Source: an uncultured Methanosarcinaceae archaeon
GTDB lineage: Archaea > Halobacteriota > Methanosarcinia > Methanosarcinales > Methanosarcinaceae
Reading direction: 5' to 3'
DNA length: 35,939 nucleotides
NCBI GenBank assembly: GCA_963721455.1
Contig: CAVRJG010000016.1
Span: forward strand, 1 to 35,939
In this document: positions 18,578-29,152 of the stretch, piece by piece
Numbering within the stretch: position 1 is the stretch's first letter
Layout: every line of letters starts with the position of its first letter
Position numbers and translations under genes: made by a program
Notes under the pieces: model-generated
What the model was told of the DNA's origin: nothing
The model's input: the letters and a program-made list of their open reading frames with translations, nothing else
The model's database searches: none

Positions 18578-19888
18578 ATGTCCTATTTCCTTGAAATCGT
18601 CATAGTCCTCGTTTTGATTGCACTCAATGGCATATTTTCCATGTCTGAATTCGCCCTTGTTTCTGCCAAGAAGACCCGCCTCAGGCAACGGGCGGAAGAA
18701 GGAGACACACGTGCAGCCGCCGCACTTAAACTCGCGAATGATCCAACTCCTTTTCTCTCGACGGTCCAGATAGGAATCACTCTGGTTGGAATCTTTGCAG
18801 GTGCGTTCGGCGGAGCCACGATAGCAGAAGAGTTCGCGGCTTACCTTGGAAAATTTACTTCCCTGGCTCCATACAGTAATGCGATCAGCATCACTCTCGT
18901 GGTACTCGTGATCACCTACCTGACCTTAATTTTTGGAGAACTTGTCCCAAAAAGGCTTGCACTCAATAATGCGGAGTCCATCGCCTCTAAAGTCGCAAAG
19001 CCCATGTCGTCTCTTTCTGTCATGGCAAAGCCGCTTGTGATCATTCTCAGCCGTTCGACCGAGGCTGTGCTCAGGGTCATGAGGGTCAGGAAGATCACAG
19101 GGCCGCCGGTAACCGAAGAGGAGATCAAGATTATGCTTGAGGAAGGGACCGAGGCCGGGGTGTTTGAGAGAGCCGAATTAAGCATGATCGAAGGCGTGTT
19201 TGACATTGGTGACCGCCGCGTTGATTCCCTTATGACGCATCGTACTGATCTCGTTGCGCTCGACCTGAATGATCCCATTGATAGAAACCTGCGGAAGATG
19301 ATTGGAAGCGGTAGATCCAATTTTCCTGCATACGAGAGGAACCTGGACAATATTGTCGGTATGGTGTCCGTAAAAAATATCCTGGCGAGGTTTGTGGAAA
19401 GCGGTACAGTTGATCTCAGAACATCGGTTACAAAGCCGCTCTTTGTACCTGAAAGCATCTCGGTCCTGAAACTCCTTGAATCATTCAAGGAGACCGGAGT
19501 ACATATTGCCCTGATCACTGACGAATACGGGAGCATTCAGGGCGTCATTACCCTCCACGACATTCTTGAAGCGATCGTGGGCGACGTCCGTTCCCTTGGC
19601 GAGCCGGTGGAGATACAGGTGGTGGCTCGGGAGGACGGCTCCTGGCTGATCGACGGAGATACGCCAATTGAAAAGCTTAAGGATGTCTTATCTGTGGATT
19701 CTTTTCCAGGCGAGGGACTGGGATACTACCGGACCATTGCCGGGATGATCATTTTCATTTTGCAGCGGATACCGGCGACCGGAGACCATATAGAATTCGG
19801 GGGACTGCGCTATGAGGTGGTGGATATGGATGGCAACCGAATAGATAAGTTGCTGGTCGCACGAGTTCCCCCGGCTCCCCCGGATTGA
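18578..19888 (+). CDS. Hemolysin/CNNM family protein (DUF21-CBS-CorC), putative Mg2+/Co2+ efflux
   Basis: NGIFSMSEFAL, FLSTVQIGIT, FGELVPKRLA, TEEEI, a CBS pair, TDEYG and a CorC tail (DMDGNRIDKLLV). Confidence 0.93.
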   Translation: MSYFLEIVIVLVLIALNGIFSMSEFALVSAKKTRLRQRAEEGDTRAAAALKLANDPTPFLSTVQIGITLVGIFAGAFGGATIAEEFAAYLGKFTSLAPYSNAISITLVVLVITYLTLIFGELVPKRLALNNAESIASKVAKPMSSLSVMAKPLVIILSRSTEAVLRVMRVRKITGPPVTEEEIKIMLEEGTEAGVFERAELSMIEGVFDIGDRRVDSLMTHRTDLVALDLNDPIDRNLRKMIGSGRSNFPAYERNLDNIVGMVSVKNILARFVESGTVDLRTSVTKPLFVPESISVLKLLESFKETGVHIALITDEYGSIQGVITLHDILEAIVGDVRSLGEPVEIQVVAREDGSWLIDGDTPIEKLKDVLSVDSFPGEGLGYYRTIAGMIIFILQRIPATGDHIEFGGLRYEVVDMDGNRIDKLLVARVPPAPPD

Positions 19889-20281
19889 ACATCGTATTCC
19901 GGGGACCTGAGTGTCATCCCTCGTTCGTTCCTGTCCCGCGCGTCTGCGCGGCTGGAACCCATCGGCTTCGAGCAAATAAAAACGAAAACTTCAGCCGCAC
20001 TGGAAAAAATAGAGTACCGAAATATCAGCTATTCAGTATTGACCAGAACTCCTGAAGCTCGGAATTTCTTTCCTTGCTTAACCAGAGGATCATTAAAGCC
20101 TTATTGTTTGTAGAAGTTCCATTCCACACATTAAGGAAAAAAGAAATTAAGAGAATTTCGATAAGTTCTGACTGTATATATCTGGAATGTAGGGGTTTTC
20201 AGAATAGCAGTGTTCGAAATTCTCACTTCTATTTTTTTATTAAGCTTGAATATCTTAAATGATCAGAACCTTCCAAAGTCT

Positions 20282-20851
20282 TTATTTGCAGCTGGTCTGT
20301 TCAGAGTCACCAGTGCAGTCGGTCTGATCGCAGGTCTTTTCGGAGTCACTGTTACAGCCTGCCTGGCCAGAGGTCTTTTCGCCACAGTCTGCCTGGTCGC
20401 ATTCTTCAGCACAGTTTTCACAGCAGTCGCCGTTACATTCTGTGAGTTTACAATCTCCGGTACAGTCTACCTTGTCACAGTTTTCAGTACAGCTGTCACA
20501 GCAGTCTCCTGTACAGGCTTCTCCGCAGACGTCGGCACAGTTATCACAGCAGTCTCCTTCACAGTTAGCCTGTTCAGGGTTTTCTATGCAGTTCTCACAG
20601 CAATTTCCGGTGCAGCTTGCCTTGTCGCAGCCTCCATCGCAGCCGGAAATTTCATTAGCGGGTAAGGTGAATGTTCCGTCTCCATGGCTGTTTCGATCAC
20701 AGTTGCCATGGGGTAGGCTGTTTTGATCGCAGTAGGCAGGAGATCCTCCGGCTTGACATGCCGAGGCTGCCGAAGCTCCTAAAGTCAATAACATTAATAC
20801 AACAGAAACAGATACCGTAATTTTCCAGATTGACTTTCTGTTAAAATTCAT
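20282..20851 (-). CDS. Secreted cysteine-rich repeat protein (189 aa, 31 Cys)
   Basis: RBS ggagg before ATG 20851, signal peptide ending …ASA, and ~17-aa repeats C-x3/4-C-x-G-[DN]-C-C-[DE]-[NS]-C. Confidence 0.8.
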   Translation of the reverse strand: MNFNRKSIWKITVSVSVVLMLLTLGASAASACQAGGSPAYCDQNSLPHGNCDRNSHGDGTFTLPANEISGCDGGCDKASCTGNCCENCIENPEQANCEGDCCDNCADVCGEACTGDCCDSCTENCDKVDCTGDCKLTECNGDCCENCAEECDQADCGEKTSGQAGCNSDSEKTCDQTDCTGDSEQTSCK

Positions 20852-21355
20852 TTTTCCTCCTATTTTGCTTACGTTTGATCCGAGAGTACCCGTAATCAAG
20901 AACACACTGGAAAAATTAACATATAAACATACTTATTTTTATAAAATAATATAAAAAACGAAAAAGCAATTTAAAGCTTTATAAATCTTTATTTCCTGAT
21001 CTAAAAGATTATAACATTCTAAATTGTGTTTAACTATGCCTCTCACCAGTTAAAAACTAAATGTAAGTCTTTTGAGGAGGTCGTATCCCCCAATATCTTA
21101 ATACAGTCCTTTATATTCGAGTAAGTCTTCCGTATGCGGCTTTTTTCTGCATACCTGGGCTATTAAGGTCCCTGATTCTCCCAGAGGTTCAGATCTGCTA
21201 TATTTGAAGAAAAGGTCGAACCAGAGACGCTATTTGTGTCGTTCCAGAATAACATCCGCCGATTTTCCGTGGAGAGGAGGAAAATGATAAAGAGAAAATG
21301 TGCCTGCACATCTAGCAGTACTTTTCTTTCCTCCCGAACACTCACCAGCTTACTT

Positions 21356-22834
21356 TTATTTTTCCTGTGTATGCTCCGAAATCCAGCTTCCTATAATTTC
21401 CAGAGCATCCGGAGAGATTGTCTCTTCAATCTTTGCGTACTCAGATGGAGACCCGGTTTGAGAAGTCTGGAATAAATGATTGAGTCCTGGCAGTTCTTTT
21501 ACTGTATAGTCCCTATTGCCTCCTGCTTTCAGGGCTTCTTCGATAACACGGAGGTTCTCTTCAGGCGGAACCTGGAGGTCTTTTTCGCCATTTATCGCAA
21601 GTACGGGACATTGAACCTTCATTAATGTAGGTCTGGGGTCATATGTAAGGAAAAAGCGCATCCACGGCGACAAAAGTGCCTGGATTTGAGCGTCAGGGAC
21701 AGCCTCAGAGTAGTTGGAATTCTGTTTTTCTTCTTCGCTCATGTTTGCCCGCTCATCCATTATAAGCTTGCGAAGTTTTTCCGCGGCGATTGTATTATTT
21801 TGTTCCTCTTTTACCGCAGAGTACATACTTTTCATAAGAGCATTATTCCGGGCGATAGTCTCATTGTCTGCCCCTTCTGCCCTGGCAATCAGGCCACTTT
21901 GAAGGTACAGAATCTCTTCTCCGGTAAGGCCAGGGCCTGCCATCATCACGATGAATGCAACATCCTGAGACTGCACTGCCACAAGAGGGGCAATTAGTCC
22001 TCCTTCACTGTGTCCGATCAGTCCAATCCGGTTCGAATCTATTTGCTCGCGGCTTTTGAGGTATTCAATTCCTGCGAGTACATCCCCTGCAAAATCCTCG
22101 GTCGTAGCCTGCGAGAAGTTTCCTGTTGATCCCCCTATGCCCCGGTCATCGACCCTGAGCACAGCAATACCCCGGCGTGTCAGATAATCCGAAAGTACAA
22201 GGAACGGGCGATGCCCCAGGATTTCTTCATCACGGTTTTGCGGACCGGAACCGGTTATGAGAATTACTGCCGGAAAAGGTCCCTCAGACTGCGGGATAGT
22301 TAACGTGCCTGCAAGCTTTACTCCTGCTTCTTTATTTTCATAAACAACTTCCTCTTCAGCATATGGATAAGGCTTTACAGGGTCCTGCTCTCTGCGCAGA
22401 TCAGGCATTTTATCAATATGGTTAAGCACAAGCGGAAAAACCGACCCGGCCTGTTTCCATTCCCCTTCGATGGTTTTACCGTCCTCTTTAAGCGTCCCTT
22501 CAAAAATCCCCCTTAGGGATTTCACTTCAAGTCTCAGGTTATCATCCTTATAAGTAACCGTTTCTACAGGTATGCCGCTTACTCCCTGGTCAAGGCTACC
22601 CATAGTGGCATTGATTGAGCCGTCGGGCCTGGCGGAAATGTTGAACAAAATTCTTAATTCTGATCCACCTGGAACTTCCAGACTTCCCAGCCAGAGACCT
22701 CCGATATCCTTAGCATTCCCATTATTTTCATTATCTTTATCCACCGGTTGTGAACTATCCGGTTGTGAAATACATCCCAGGCCAGCTATAATCACAATCA
22801 ATGAAACTACGCAAATTAAGGTTTTATTATTCAT
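21356..22834 (-). CDS. Alpha/beta-hydrolase lipoprotein (S9/S15-like)
   Basis: Lipobox IAGLGC, GSGPQNRDE, DDRGIGGS, nucleophile GHSEG, GEKDLQV and LNHLFQ. Start uncertain (22834-22864). Confidence 0.9.
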   Translation of the reverse strand: MNNKTLICVVSLIVIIAGLGCISQPDSSQPVDKDNENNGNAKDIGGLWLGSLEVPGGSELRILFNISARPDGSINATMGSLDQGVSGIPVETVTYKDDNLRLEVKSLRGIFEGTLKEDGKTIEGEWKQAGSVFPLVLNHIDKMPDLRREQDPVKPYPYAEEEVVYENKEAGVKLAGTLTIPQSEGPFPAVILITGSGPQNRDEEILGHRPFLVLSDYLTRRGIAVLRVDDRGIGGSTGNFSQATTEDFAGDVLAGIEYLKSREQIDSNRIGLIGHSEGGLIAPLVAVQSQDVAFIVMMAGPGLTGEEILYLQSGLIARAEGADNETIARNNALMKSMYSAVKEEQNNTIAAEKLRKLIMDERANMSEEEKQNSNYSEAVPDAQIQALLSPWMRFFLTYDPRPTLMKVQCPVLAINGEKDLQVPPEENLRVIEEALKAGGNRDYTVKELPGLNHLFQTSQTGSPSEYAKIEETISPDALEIIGSWISEHTQEK

Positions 22835-22974
22835 TATAAATCTCATCCGTCTGTTTCTTTTCACTTTTTTATTTTCCTTCTCATTATTCTCCTTTTTAAT
22901 AATTTAACTCCTTATCGTTTTAATTCCCCGGTTCAATTAAAATCCCGGCCAGTAGAGGGAATGAAATCGATAAA

Positions 22975-23042
22975 GATAAAAACCGAGATAAATTACGTAG
23001 AGATAAAACCGGGATAAATTACGTAGAGATAAATTATGTAGA
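22975..23042. repeat. Short direct repeats (gataaattacgtaga x3) between divergent genes
   Basis: gataaaaaccgagataaattacgtaga / gataaaaccgggataaattacgtaga / gataaattatgtaga. Confidence 0.75.
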
Positions 23043-23112
23043 TAGATAGCCTGAATTAATTTGTTGAGTACCCCGGCAAATTCTTTAAGCTGGAAGTCTT
23101 TTTACTGTTCTC

Positions 23113-24039
23113 ATGTTCCGGGTTAAAAAGAATGCCCATATGGCAGTGTTAACCGGTTGTGTGTTCTATGGGATGACATGACTCTTTCTCTCCCTTATCT
23201 CTGATATGCCCATAACTTCCATCATATTTTATAGGCTATTCTCTGGCCTTTGCCTAATTTTCACTTATCTTCTGGTAACAAACAGGCTTGGAGAGCTGAA
23301 ACCCGGAAAAGGGAAGATGCGTCTTTTCCTTCAGGGCATCTTTGTCCTGGTTAATATGTTCTTTTATTTCATGTGTGTAAAGAAAACCTGTTTCTCCATA
23401 GCCATCCTGCTCGAATATACTGCCCCAATCTACGTAATGCTGGCCTCTCTGTTCGTTTTAAAAGAAAAGGTTGGAAAGGAAAGCATTGCAACCCTTTTCC
23501 TGGCAATCGCAGGTGTTTATCTGGTAATCCGTCCGAATGGCGGATTTGAAGGCCTCAAATTTTCTGAAGGCCATTTCATAGGGATCTCTTCAGGACTCTT
23601 TGCAGGAATAATCCTTGCTATTATCATTATGAACGTGAGAATCCTGAAAAAAGACCATTCAGAATTTGCCATTGCTTTCTGGGGTACTGCAATCAGCTGC
23701 CTTCTGATGTCTCCTTTTGCTTTTGAGACTTCTTTTTCCGTTCTCGCTTCCAATCTGTTTCCTCTGGTGGCTTTCGTGATTGTTTCTGTGGGAATTTGAG
23801 GAATTCTTACAACCATAGGCTTTGCAAACCTCAAATCTCAGACAGGGAGCCTGTTCGCTTTTATAGAACCTGTTGTCGGGGTATTTTTTGATCTGGTGTT
23901 TCTTGGAGTTGTCCTTTCAACAGGCACTCTTGCAGGCTGTTTCCTGGTTTTGACCGCAGCTGTAATTGTCAGTTTCAACGAATCTTCAAAAAAACGGGTT
24001 AGATCAATTGATTTTCTGGAAACTCCTGCTAATTATTAA
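23113..24039 (+). pseudogene. DMT/EamA-family transporter with two in-frame TGA codons
   Basis: Single frame from ATG 23113 to TAA 24037-24039, with TGA at 23179 and 23797. EamA motifs LEYTAPIYV…LKEKV and AFIEPVVG. Confidence 0.85.
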
Positions 24040-24173
24040 ATGATTCCTTATTACAATTAGGACGATCACAGAATAAATATTTAAAAATTGAAATTTTTAT
24101 ACTCATTATATCTATATAAGTAGAATTATATAACTCGGAATTCCCTGTTTATGGGAATATTAATTTAAAAAAC

Positions 24174-24212
24174 TAAAAAAGTAGGGTAAAAAAGTAAGGT
24201 AAAAAAGTAAGG
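24174..24212 (-). terminator. 3 x 13-bp repeat giving three T6 tracts just after the DUF47 stop; likely terminator
   Basis: taaaaaagtaggg-taaaaaagtaagg-taaaaaagtaagg; oligo-T tracts are the usual archaeal terminator signal. Confidence 0.5.
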
Positions 24213-24224
24213 ATTGGAAGAGAT

Positions 24225-24914
24225 TTACCTTCTGAGAATCATCGTTCTCAGGCGGTCAGCGGCGCTTGCGGACTTATCAGCAACCCCTCCAACTCTTTCG
24301 ACAAGCCCTATAAGGTGGCAGACGCCTGCGCCTCCGAGAACATCTTCGTTTTCGAAGATCTTTTTTAAGAGGGCTGTCTCAAGCACATCCACATCATGTT
24401 CCAGTTTTTCGACCTCAGGGATAATGACCATGGTTTCCTTGATCTCTTCCTTGCTAAAAGAGGTGGCAAGAAGCTTGTAAAGCTCGCCCGCGAGCTCATC
24501 ATACTTCCTTGTGGTTTTCAGGGAGGTCCCCATCAATTCCAGAAAACCTTCTTTGATTTCCTCAGGAAGGGTCTTACAGGGCCGAAGGGTCATCCAGTAA
24601 GCTGCCGCCTGGGCAAAGTCGGCAATAGAATCCTGCTGCTTAAGGAACGAAAGGAGGTCCTTTTTGTTAACTTGCAGCCTCACTGAAGAGGGAATGCCTG
24701 CCCTTATTTTCTGTTTGAGTTTGTCAGCGTCATGTTCCAGCTTATCAATTTCGTCTGTCCTTTCCTCCAGAAGGGCCTGGTTTCCTGCACAGTAAGCTTC
24801 CATTGCTTCAGAAAGCTTTTCAACTGCAAGCACTCCTTTTTTAGCATGTGTTTCCAGGGGGACAAAGGGAGAGTCAGAGACCACGTCAAGGACGGAACGA
24901 ATGTAGTCTTTCAT
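24225..24914 (-). CDS. DUF47/PhoU-like phosphate transport regulator (TIGR00153 type)
   Basis: LEHDADKLK…QQDSIAD and LEHDVD…VADKS repeats; overlaps the pit stop (ATGA). Confidence 0.9.
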   Translation of the reverse strand: MKDYIRSVLDVVSDSPFVPLETHAKKGVLAVEKLSEAMEAYCAGNQALLEERTDEIDKLEHDADKLKQKIRAGIPSSVRLQVNKKDLLSFLKQQDSIADFAQAAAYWMTLRPCKTLPEEIKEGFLELMGTSLKTTRKYDELAGELYKLLATSFSKEEIKETMVIIPEVEKLEHDVDVLETALLKKIFENEDVLGGAGVCHLIGLVERVGGVADKSASAADRLRTMILRR

Positions 24915-25939
24915 AAAAAGATCACCTCAAGCCCCACAAAGATCAATGCCGATGTAAGGGCGGCTATAGGAACTGTTGCTATCCAGGAAGAAAAAATCCT
25001 CCAGATCACGCGCAGGTCAACGGCTGCAATCCCGCCTGCAAGCCCTACACCTATAACCGAACCGACAAGCGTGTGGGTAGTCGAGATCGGAAGGGAACTG
25101 TAGCTGTGGAGCAGGACCACTGAGGCTGTTGCAAACTCTGCGGAAAAACCACGTGTTGGAGTCAGTTCTGTAATCTTCGAACCGATGGTTTCAACCACTT
25201 TATAGCCCCAGGTGGCCATTCCTACTACCATACCGAGGCCTCCCATTACAAGCACCCATATGGGGATTCCGGTTCCTGTTACTCCCATAACCCTAAGTGC
25301 CGCACAGAGAGGTCCGATAGCGTTTGCCACATCATTTGACCCGTGCGCAAATGCAATATAACAGGCAGTTATGAGCTGTAAGGTTATGAATTTTTTCTCA
25401 ACGAGAGGCAAGTCTATAGCCCTATGAAGATAAATTTTCCTTATTAAAGAAAAAGTCAGATAAGCGAAAACAGCCCCAAGAACCGGAGATATAAACCAGC
25501 TGGCTACAATTCTCGTAAGTTCCCCCCAGTGAATGTCTGCAAAAGAGATGGTTCCGTTGTAAGCTGCGATCAGCCCGAAGCCGAGCACAGAACCGACGAT
25601 GGAATGACTGGTTGAAACGGGGAGGTTATAAAAGGTTGTAAGAGTTACCCAGAAGCCGGCTGCAAGAATCGCAGCCAGCATCCCAAGCGCCACGATATCC
25701 GGATGGACCTTGCCAATAATCTCAATGGGAACGATTCCATTTGCAATTGTCTCGGTAACCCGTTTCCCGAAGAGCACAGCACCTAAAAACTCAAAGATAG
25801 CTGCAAGAACAATTACCTGTTTAATTGATAGGACCCCTGTTCCTACTGAAGTCCCCATAGCATTTGCGAGGTCGTTTGCTCCTATGTTCCAGGCCATATA
25901 AAGGCCAGCTAAAATAAGCGCTATGACAAGTAAATCCAT
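24911..25939 (-). CDS. pit: Inorganic phosphate transporter, PiT family
   Basis: GANDLANAMGT, PVSTSHSIVG, HGSNDVANAIG and PISTTHTLVG signatures. Confidence 0.96.
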   Translation of the reverse strand: MDLLVIALILAGLYMAWNIGANDLANAMGTSVGTGVLSIKQVIVLAAIFEFLGAVLFGKRVTETIANGIVPIEIIGKVHPDIVALGMLAAILAAGFWVTLTTFYNLPVSTSHSIVGSVLGFGLIAAYNGTISFADIHWGELTRIVASWFISPVLGAVFAYLTFSLIRKIYLHRAIDLPLVEKKFITLQLITACYIAFAHGSNDVANAIGPLCAALRVMGVTGTGIPIWVLVMGGLGMVVGMATWGYKVVETIGSKITELTPTRGFSAEFATASVVLLHSYSSLPISTTHTLVGSVIGVGLAGGIAAVDLRVIWRIFSSWIATVPIAALTSALIFVGLEVIFL

Positions 25940-26571
25940 TTTTTTCTACTCCATAAATTTTAAACTTCAAAACTGTTATAATTACTATAAAATCAACATT
26001 TTTCAGTTTTAGTTATGAATCTTTATGTAGAACATTTTTTAAATTCAGAGCTTATATGGATTCCAGACCATTTCATTATATTTTATAGTTTCCATATATT
26101 TCGGGGCACTCTATATACTCTATAGATCTATATATGTCTATTTTTGATATATTTATATTCTTTTTTCCGCTTCAGCAACTGCAAGTTTCCGGAATGAAAC
26201 TAAAAGAGGTAAATTCTATAAGAATAAACACTTTCTGTTATTCAGAAATAACGTAAGGTTTTTATCTGAGTATGCCTTCTCCGGAACTTCAGAAGAGATA
26301 TGTAAAAGACGCCCTCAAAGGCAGGACGAATGGGGGCATACCTGGAGAAGGCGTTTGAAAAGATTTCTGACCTTCGGTTTGCACTCCCTGGCTTGCCTGT
26401 AAATATTAATAATCCGGGTATTTGCTAAAGAGCTTTTGAAAAGCCTGCGGCAGAATTTTTTTGAGGAGGCAGAAAAGTTAACGTAAAAATGCTAACTGCA
26501 ACAGGGTTTAGTTTTTAAAGTTTTTACTTTTGATGTTCGGCTTCCGGATCGATTTAAGAAAGGAGGGTTTT

Positions 26572-27240
26572 TCAGGCTTCAAGCCCATCAAATTCTTGGT
26601 CCTTAAGTCCTTTTTCTCTTATCCTTTTTCTGAGCAGGTCGAGCACTTCTTCATCCGAGACATCATACCATCTCTCGTAAGCTTCAGCGACAGCCCTGAA
26701 ATATGCAGGGATTTCAAGCACAATGAGTTCATCAACTTTCTTTTTGATCTGTTCTGCGACCTCTTTTCCAGCCACAGGTACAGCGACCACAATTTTTCCG
26801 GCTTGCCTGTTTCTGCAGAGTTCGATGGCTGCCCGCATTGTAGAACCCATTGCAATGCCGTCGTCGATAAGAATCACGGTTCTTTTCGCGAGCACAGGCA
26901 GGTGATTTCCCCCTCTGAGAGTTTTTACGCGCCTGTCTATCTCGGCAATCTGCTGCTGTTTTATTTGCTCAATGGTTTCCCCTGAGAGCCAGTACTGCGC
27001 ATTTTCAAAAATGAACGTGCTCCCGTTCTCGGCTATTGCCCCGAATCCTGCTTCAGGGTTATCCGGAAAAGGCAGTTTTCTTGCAATAATGAGGGAAAAC
27101 TCTGCATCCAGCTTCCTTGCAACCTGCAACCCCACCTCCACTCCCCCGCGCGGAATAGCAAGAATAAGAGGATTTTCTGCCCTGTATCTCTCAAGAGCCC
27201 CTGCAAGTTTCTCTCCTGCATCTTTACGATTTTTGAACAT
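26572..27240 (-). CDS. Phosphoribosyltransferase-family protein
   Basis: FKNRKDAG, IPRGGV, PRPP-binding LIDDGIAMGSTM and VAVPV. Confidence 0.9.
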   Translation of the reverse strand: MFKNRKDAGEKLAGALERYRAENPLILAIPRGGVEVGLQVARKLDAEFSLIIARKLPFPDNPEAGFGAIAENGSTFIFENAQYWLSGETIEQIKQQQIAEIDRRVKTLRGGNHLPVLAKRTVILIDDGIAMGSTMRAAIELCRNRQAGKIVVAVPVAGKEVAEQIKKKVDELIVLEIPAYFRAVAEAYERWYDVSDEEVLDLLRKRIREKGLKDQEFDGLEA

Positions 27241-27292
27241 AGTTCCACCTTTAATTCAAAAACTATTCCTCTTCTCAAGTGCAAAAGTCAAA

Positions 27293-28003
27293 TTAAACAA
27301 CCCTTATAGGACGCCTGTAAACCTCGACTGAAGAACCTGAAGGGAGACTCGTCTCAGGCAAACAGAGTTCCAGAACCTTCCCTGCAACGTCTTCGGGTTT
27401 GAGGACAGGCTCATCCGAATACATAGAGTGATACATGCCGGTATCTACCCCGGCAGGGCAGACTGCATACACCTGAAGCCCACCCCCTGCTTCGTAAGCA
27501 AGGGCCTCGGTAAAGCCGATAACTGCAAATTTTGAAGCGCAGTATATCGAGAGCATTGGTATGCCATGCTCTCCTGCACCTGAAGATATATTCACGATCT
27601 TGCCTTCTCCCCTTTTAAGCAGATGGTGCAGGGCATACTTTGTGCAGAAAAACATGCCTTTTACGTTTGTATCCATGATCTCATCATATTCTTCTGTTGA
27701 AGTATCTACGAGGTATTTCCTGTATGCTACTCCTGCATTGTTCACGAGGATATCTATTCTTCCAAAAGCGTTTACCGCCTTTGAGATCATGTTTATGACT
27801 TCTTCTTCTTTTCTGATGTCAGTCCTTACGGCAAGAGCCCTTCCCCCTTCTTTTTCTACCATCCGGGCAGTTTCCCGAATCTCTTTTCCGGTTCTTGAGA
27901 CGATTACTATGTCTGCCCCCTCTCTTGCGAGTGCCAGACATATTGCCCTTCCAATTCCCCTTCCTCCACCTGTTACAATGGCTGTCTGACCTTCCAGTCT
28001 CAT
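27293..28003 (-). CDS. SDR-family NAD(P)-dependent oxidoreductase
   Basis: TGGGRGIG, NNAG and YCASK motifs; likely start MRLEGQ at 28003. Confidence 0.93.
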   Translation of the reverse strand: MRLEGQTAIVTGGGRGIGRAICLALAREGADIVIVSRTGKEIRETARMVEKEGGRALAVRTDIRKEEEVINMISKAVNAFGRIDILVNNAGVAYRKYLVDTSTEEYDEIMDTNVKGMFFCTKYALHHLLKRGEGKIVNISSGAGEHGIPMLSIYCASKFAVIGFTEALAYEAGGGLQVYAVCPAGVDTGMYHSMYSDEPVLKPEDVAGKVLELCLPETSLPSGSSVEVYRRPIRVV

Positions 28004-28270
28004 AGAAATCACCTTATTAATCATCGGGCAATATAAAGCATATATCTTTGGAATCAATGTTTCTGAAACTGGATTCCTTATCAGGATCTAAGAGATCCTG
28101 ATCTTTTTTATTGTTTAAATCCAGAGATTCGAAGGCGATTGATACTAAATACAAGCAGAGATTGTCTCCCTTATTCTAAAAAAGGGCAATTCCGGCAAAC
28201 AGGATGTTAACAAAACATCATTCAAGTCCAGCCTGACCTGCCGAATGCGTTGTCCTTCTATTTTCAGCTC

Positions 28271-28978
28271 TCAGAGCTGAGGGATTGGAAGAGCATGTAT
28301 CTCGATTATTTTCCCGGAAACTACTCCTGAATCAGGCGAAACAAGTTCCAGAACCTTTTCCGCAATATGCTCAGGTTTGAGCGCGGGCCGGTCTACATAG
28401 AGACCTGTACATATCCGTGTCTACGGCACCTGGGCAGACAGAGTAAACTTTTATTTCTCCTTCCAGTTCGGCGGCGATGGATTCGGTTATGCCGTTTACC
28501 CCAAATTTTGAGGCGCAGTATACTGAAAACTCCGGAAGCCCGTGTATTCCTTCTACTGAGGAGATATTGATGATTTTTCCGTTCTCACTCTTCCTTATAT
28601 GGGGAATTGCATATTTCGTGCAGAGGAAGACGCCTTTTACGTTTGTGTCCATTATTTCCTCGTATTCCTCCAGAATGGTTTCCTCCAATCGTTTTTTATG
28701 TGCTACTCCTGCATTGTTGATAGGGAATGAAGCCTGCCACATTTATCTATAGTTTTTGAGATCAGGTGTTTTACTTCCTCTTCATTACGCACGTCAGCCG
28801 GGATAGCTATGGCTTTACTGCCCATCTTTTTCAACTTATCCATCGTCTCTTTGATTTCACTCTCATTCCTTGCTGCAATAATGACGTTTGCTCCTTTTTT
28901 TGCCAGAGCGAGGCAGATAGCTCTTCCTATCCCTTTGCTCCCTCCGGTTACAAGAGCTGTTTGACCTGCTAAATTCAT
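28271..28978 (-). pseudogene. Tandem SDR paralog with two frameshifts (~28725, ~28395)
   Basis: TGGSKGIG in ORF 28703..28996, NNAG/YCASK in ORF 28371..28742, and the tail DRPALKPEHIAEKVLELVSP…PQL* in a third segment ending at TGA 28271. Confidence 0.85.
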
Positions 28979-29152
28979 TGCTACCCCTTTATTCATCCAG
29001 TTTTATCTAAATATTTTTTATTAAATCCAGAGATAAAATGAATAAAGGATGGATATAATTTTGGAAACTAAGTTTCTGAGAAAAGGTTCTTCCAATGAGG
29101 GCGAGCCTTTCGGTACCTTTCAATTTCTTCGGCTGTCAGCTTTTTCAGCCTT

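Noticed and set aside
18916-19536. Long antisense ORFs (e.g. 18916..19536, 30670..31332, 26530..26985, 219..566)
   Set aside because: They overlap well-supported genes on the opposite strand and show no recognisable motifs.
20210-20726. Plus-strand ORFs 20210..20665 and 20442..20726
   Set aside because: These are antisense shadows of the repetitive Cys-rich gene, which has the RBS and signal peptide.
20282-20851. Cys-rich protein as multiheme cytochrome or ranthipeptide precursor
   Set aside because: There are no CxxCH motifs, no adjacent radical SAM/SPASM maturase, and it has a Sec-type signal peptide.
26111-26135. tatagatctata palindrome upstream of pit as a second operator of the CARF regulator
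   Set aside because: Arm orientation and spacing differ from ATCTATAANNTTATAGAT, and the context is low-complexity AT-rich DNA.
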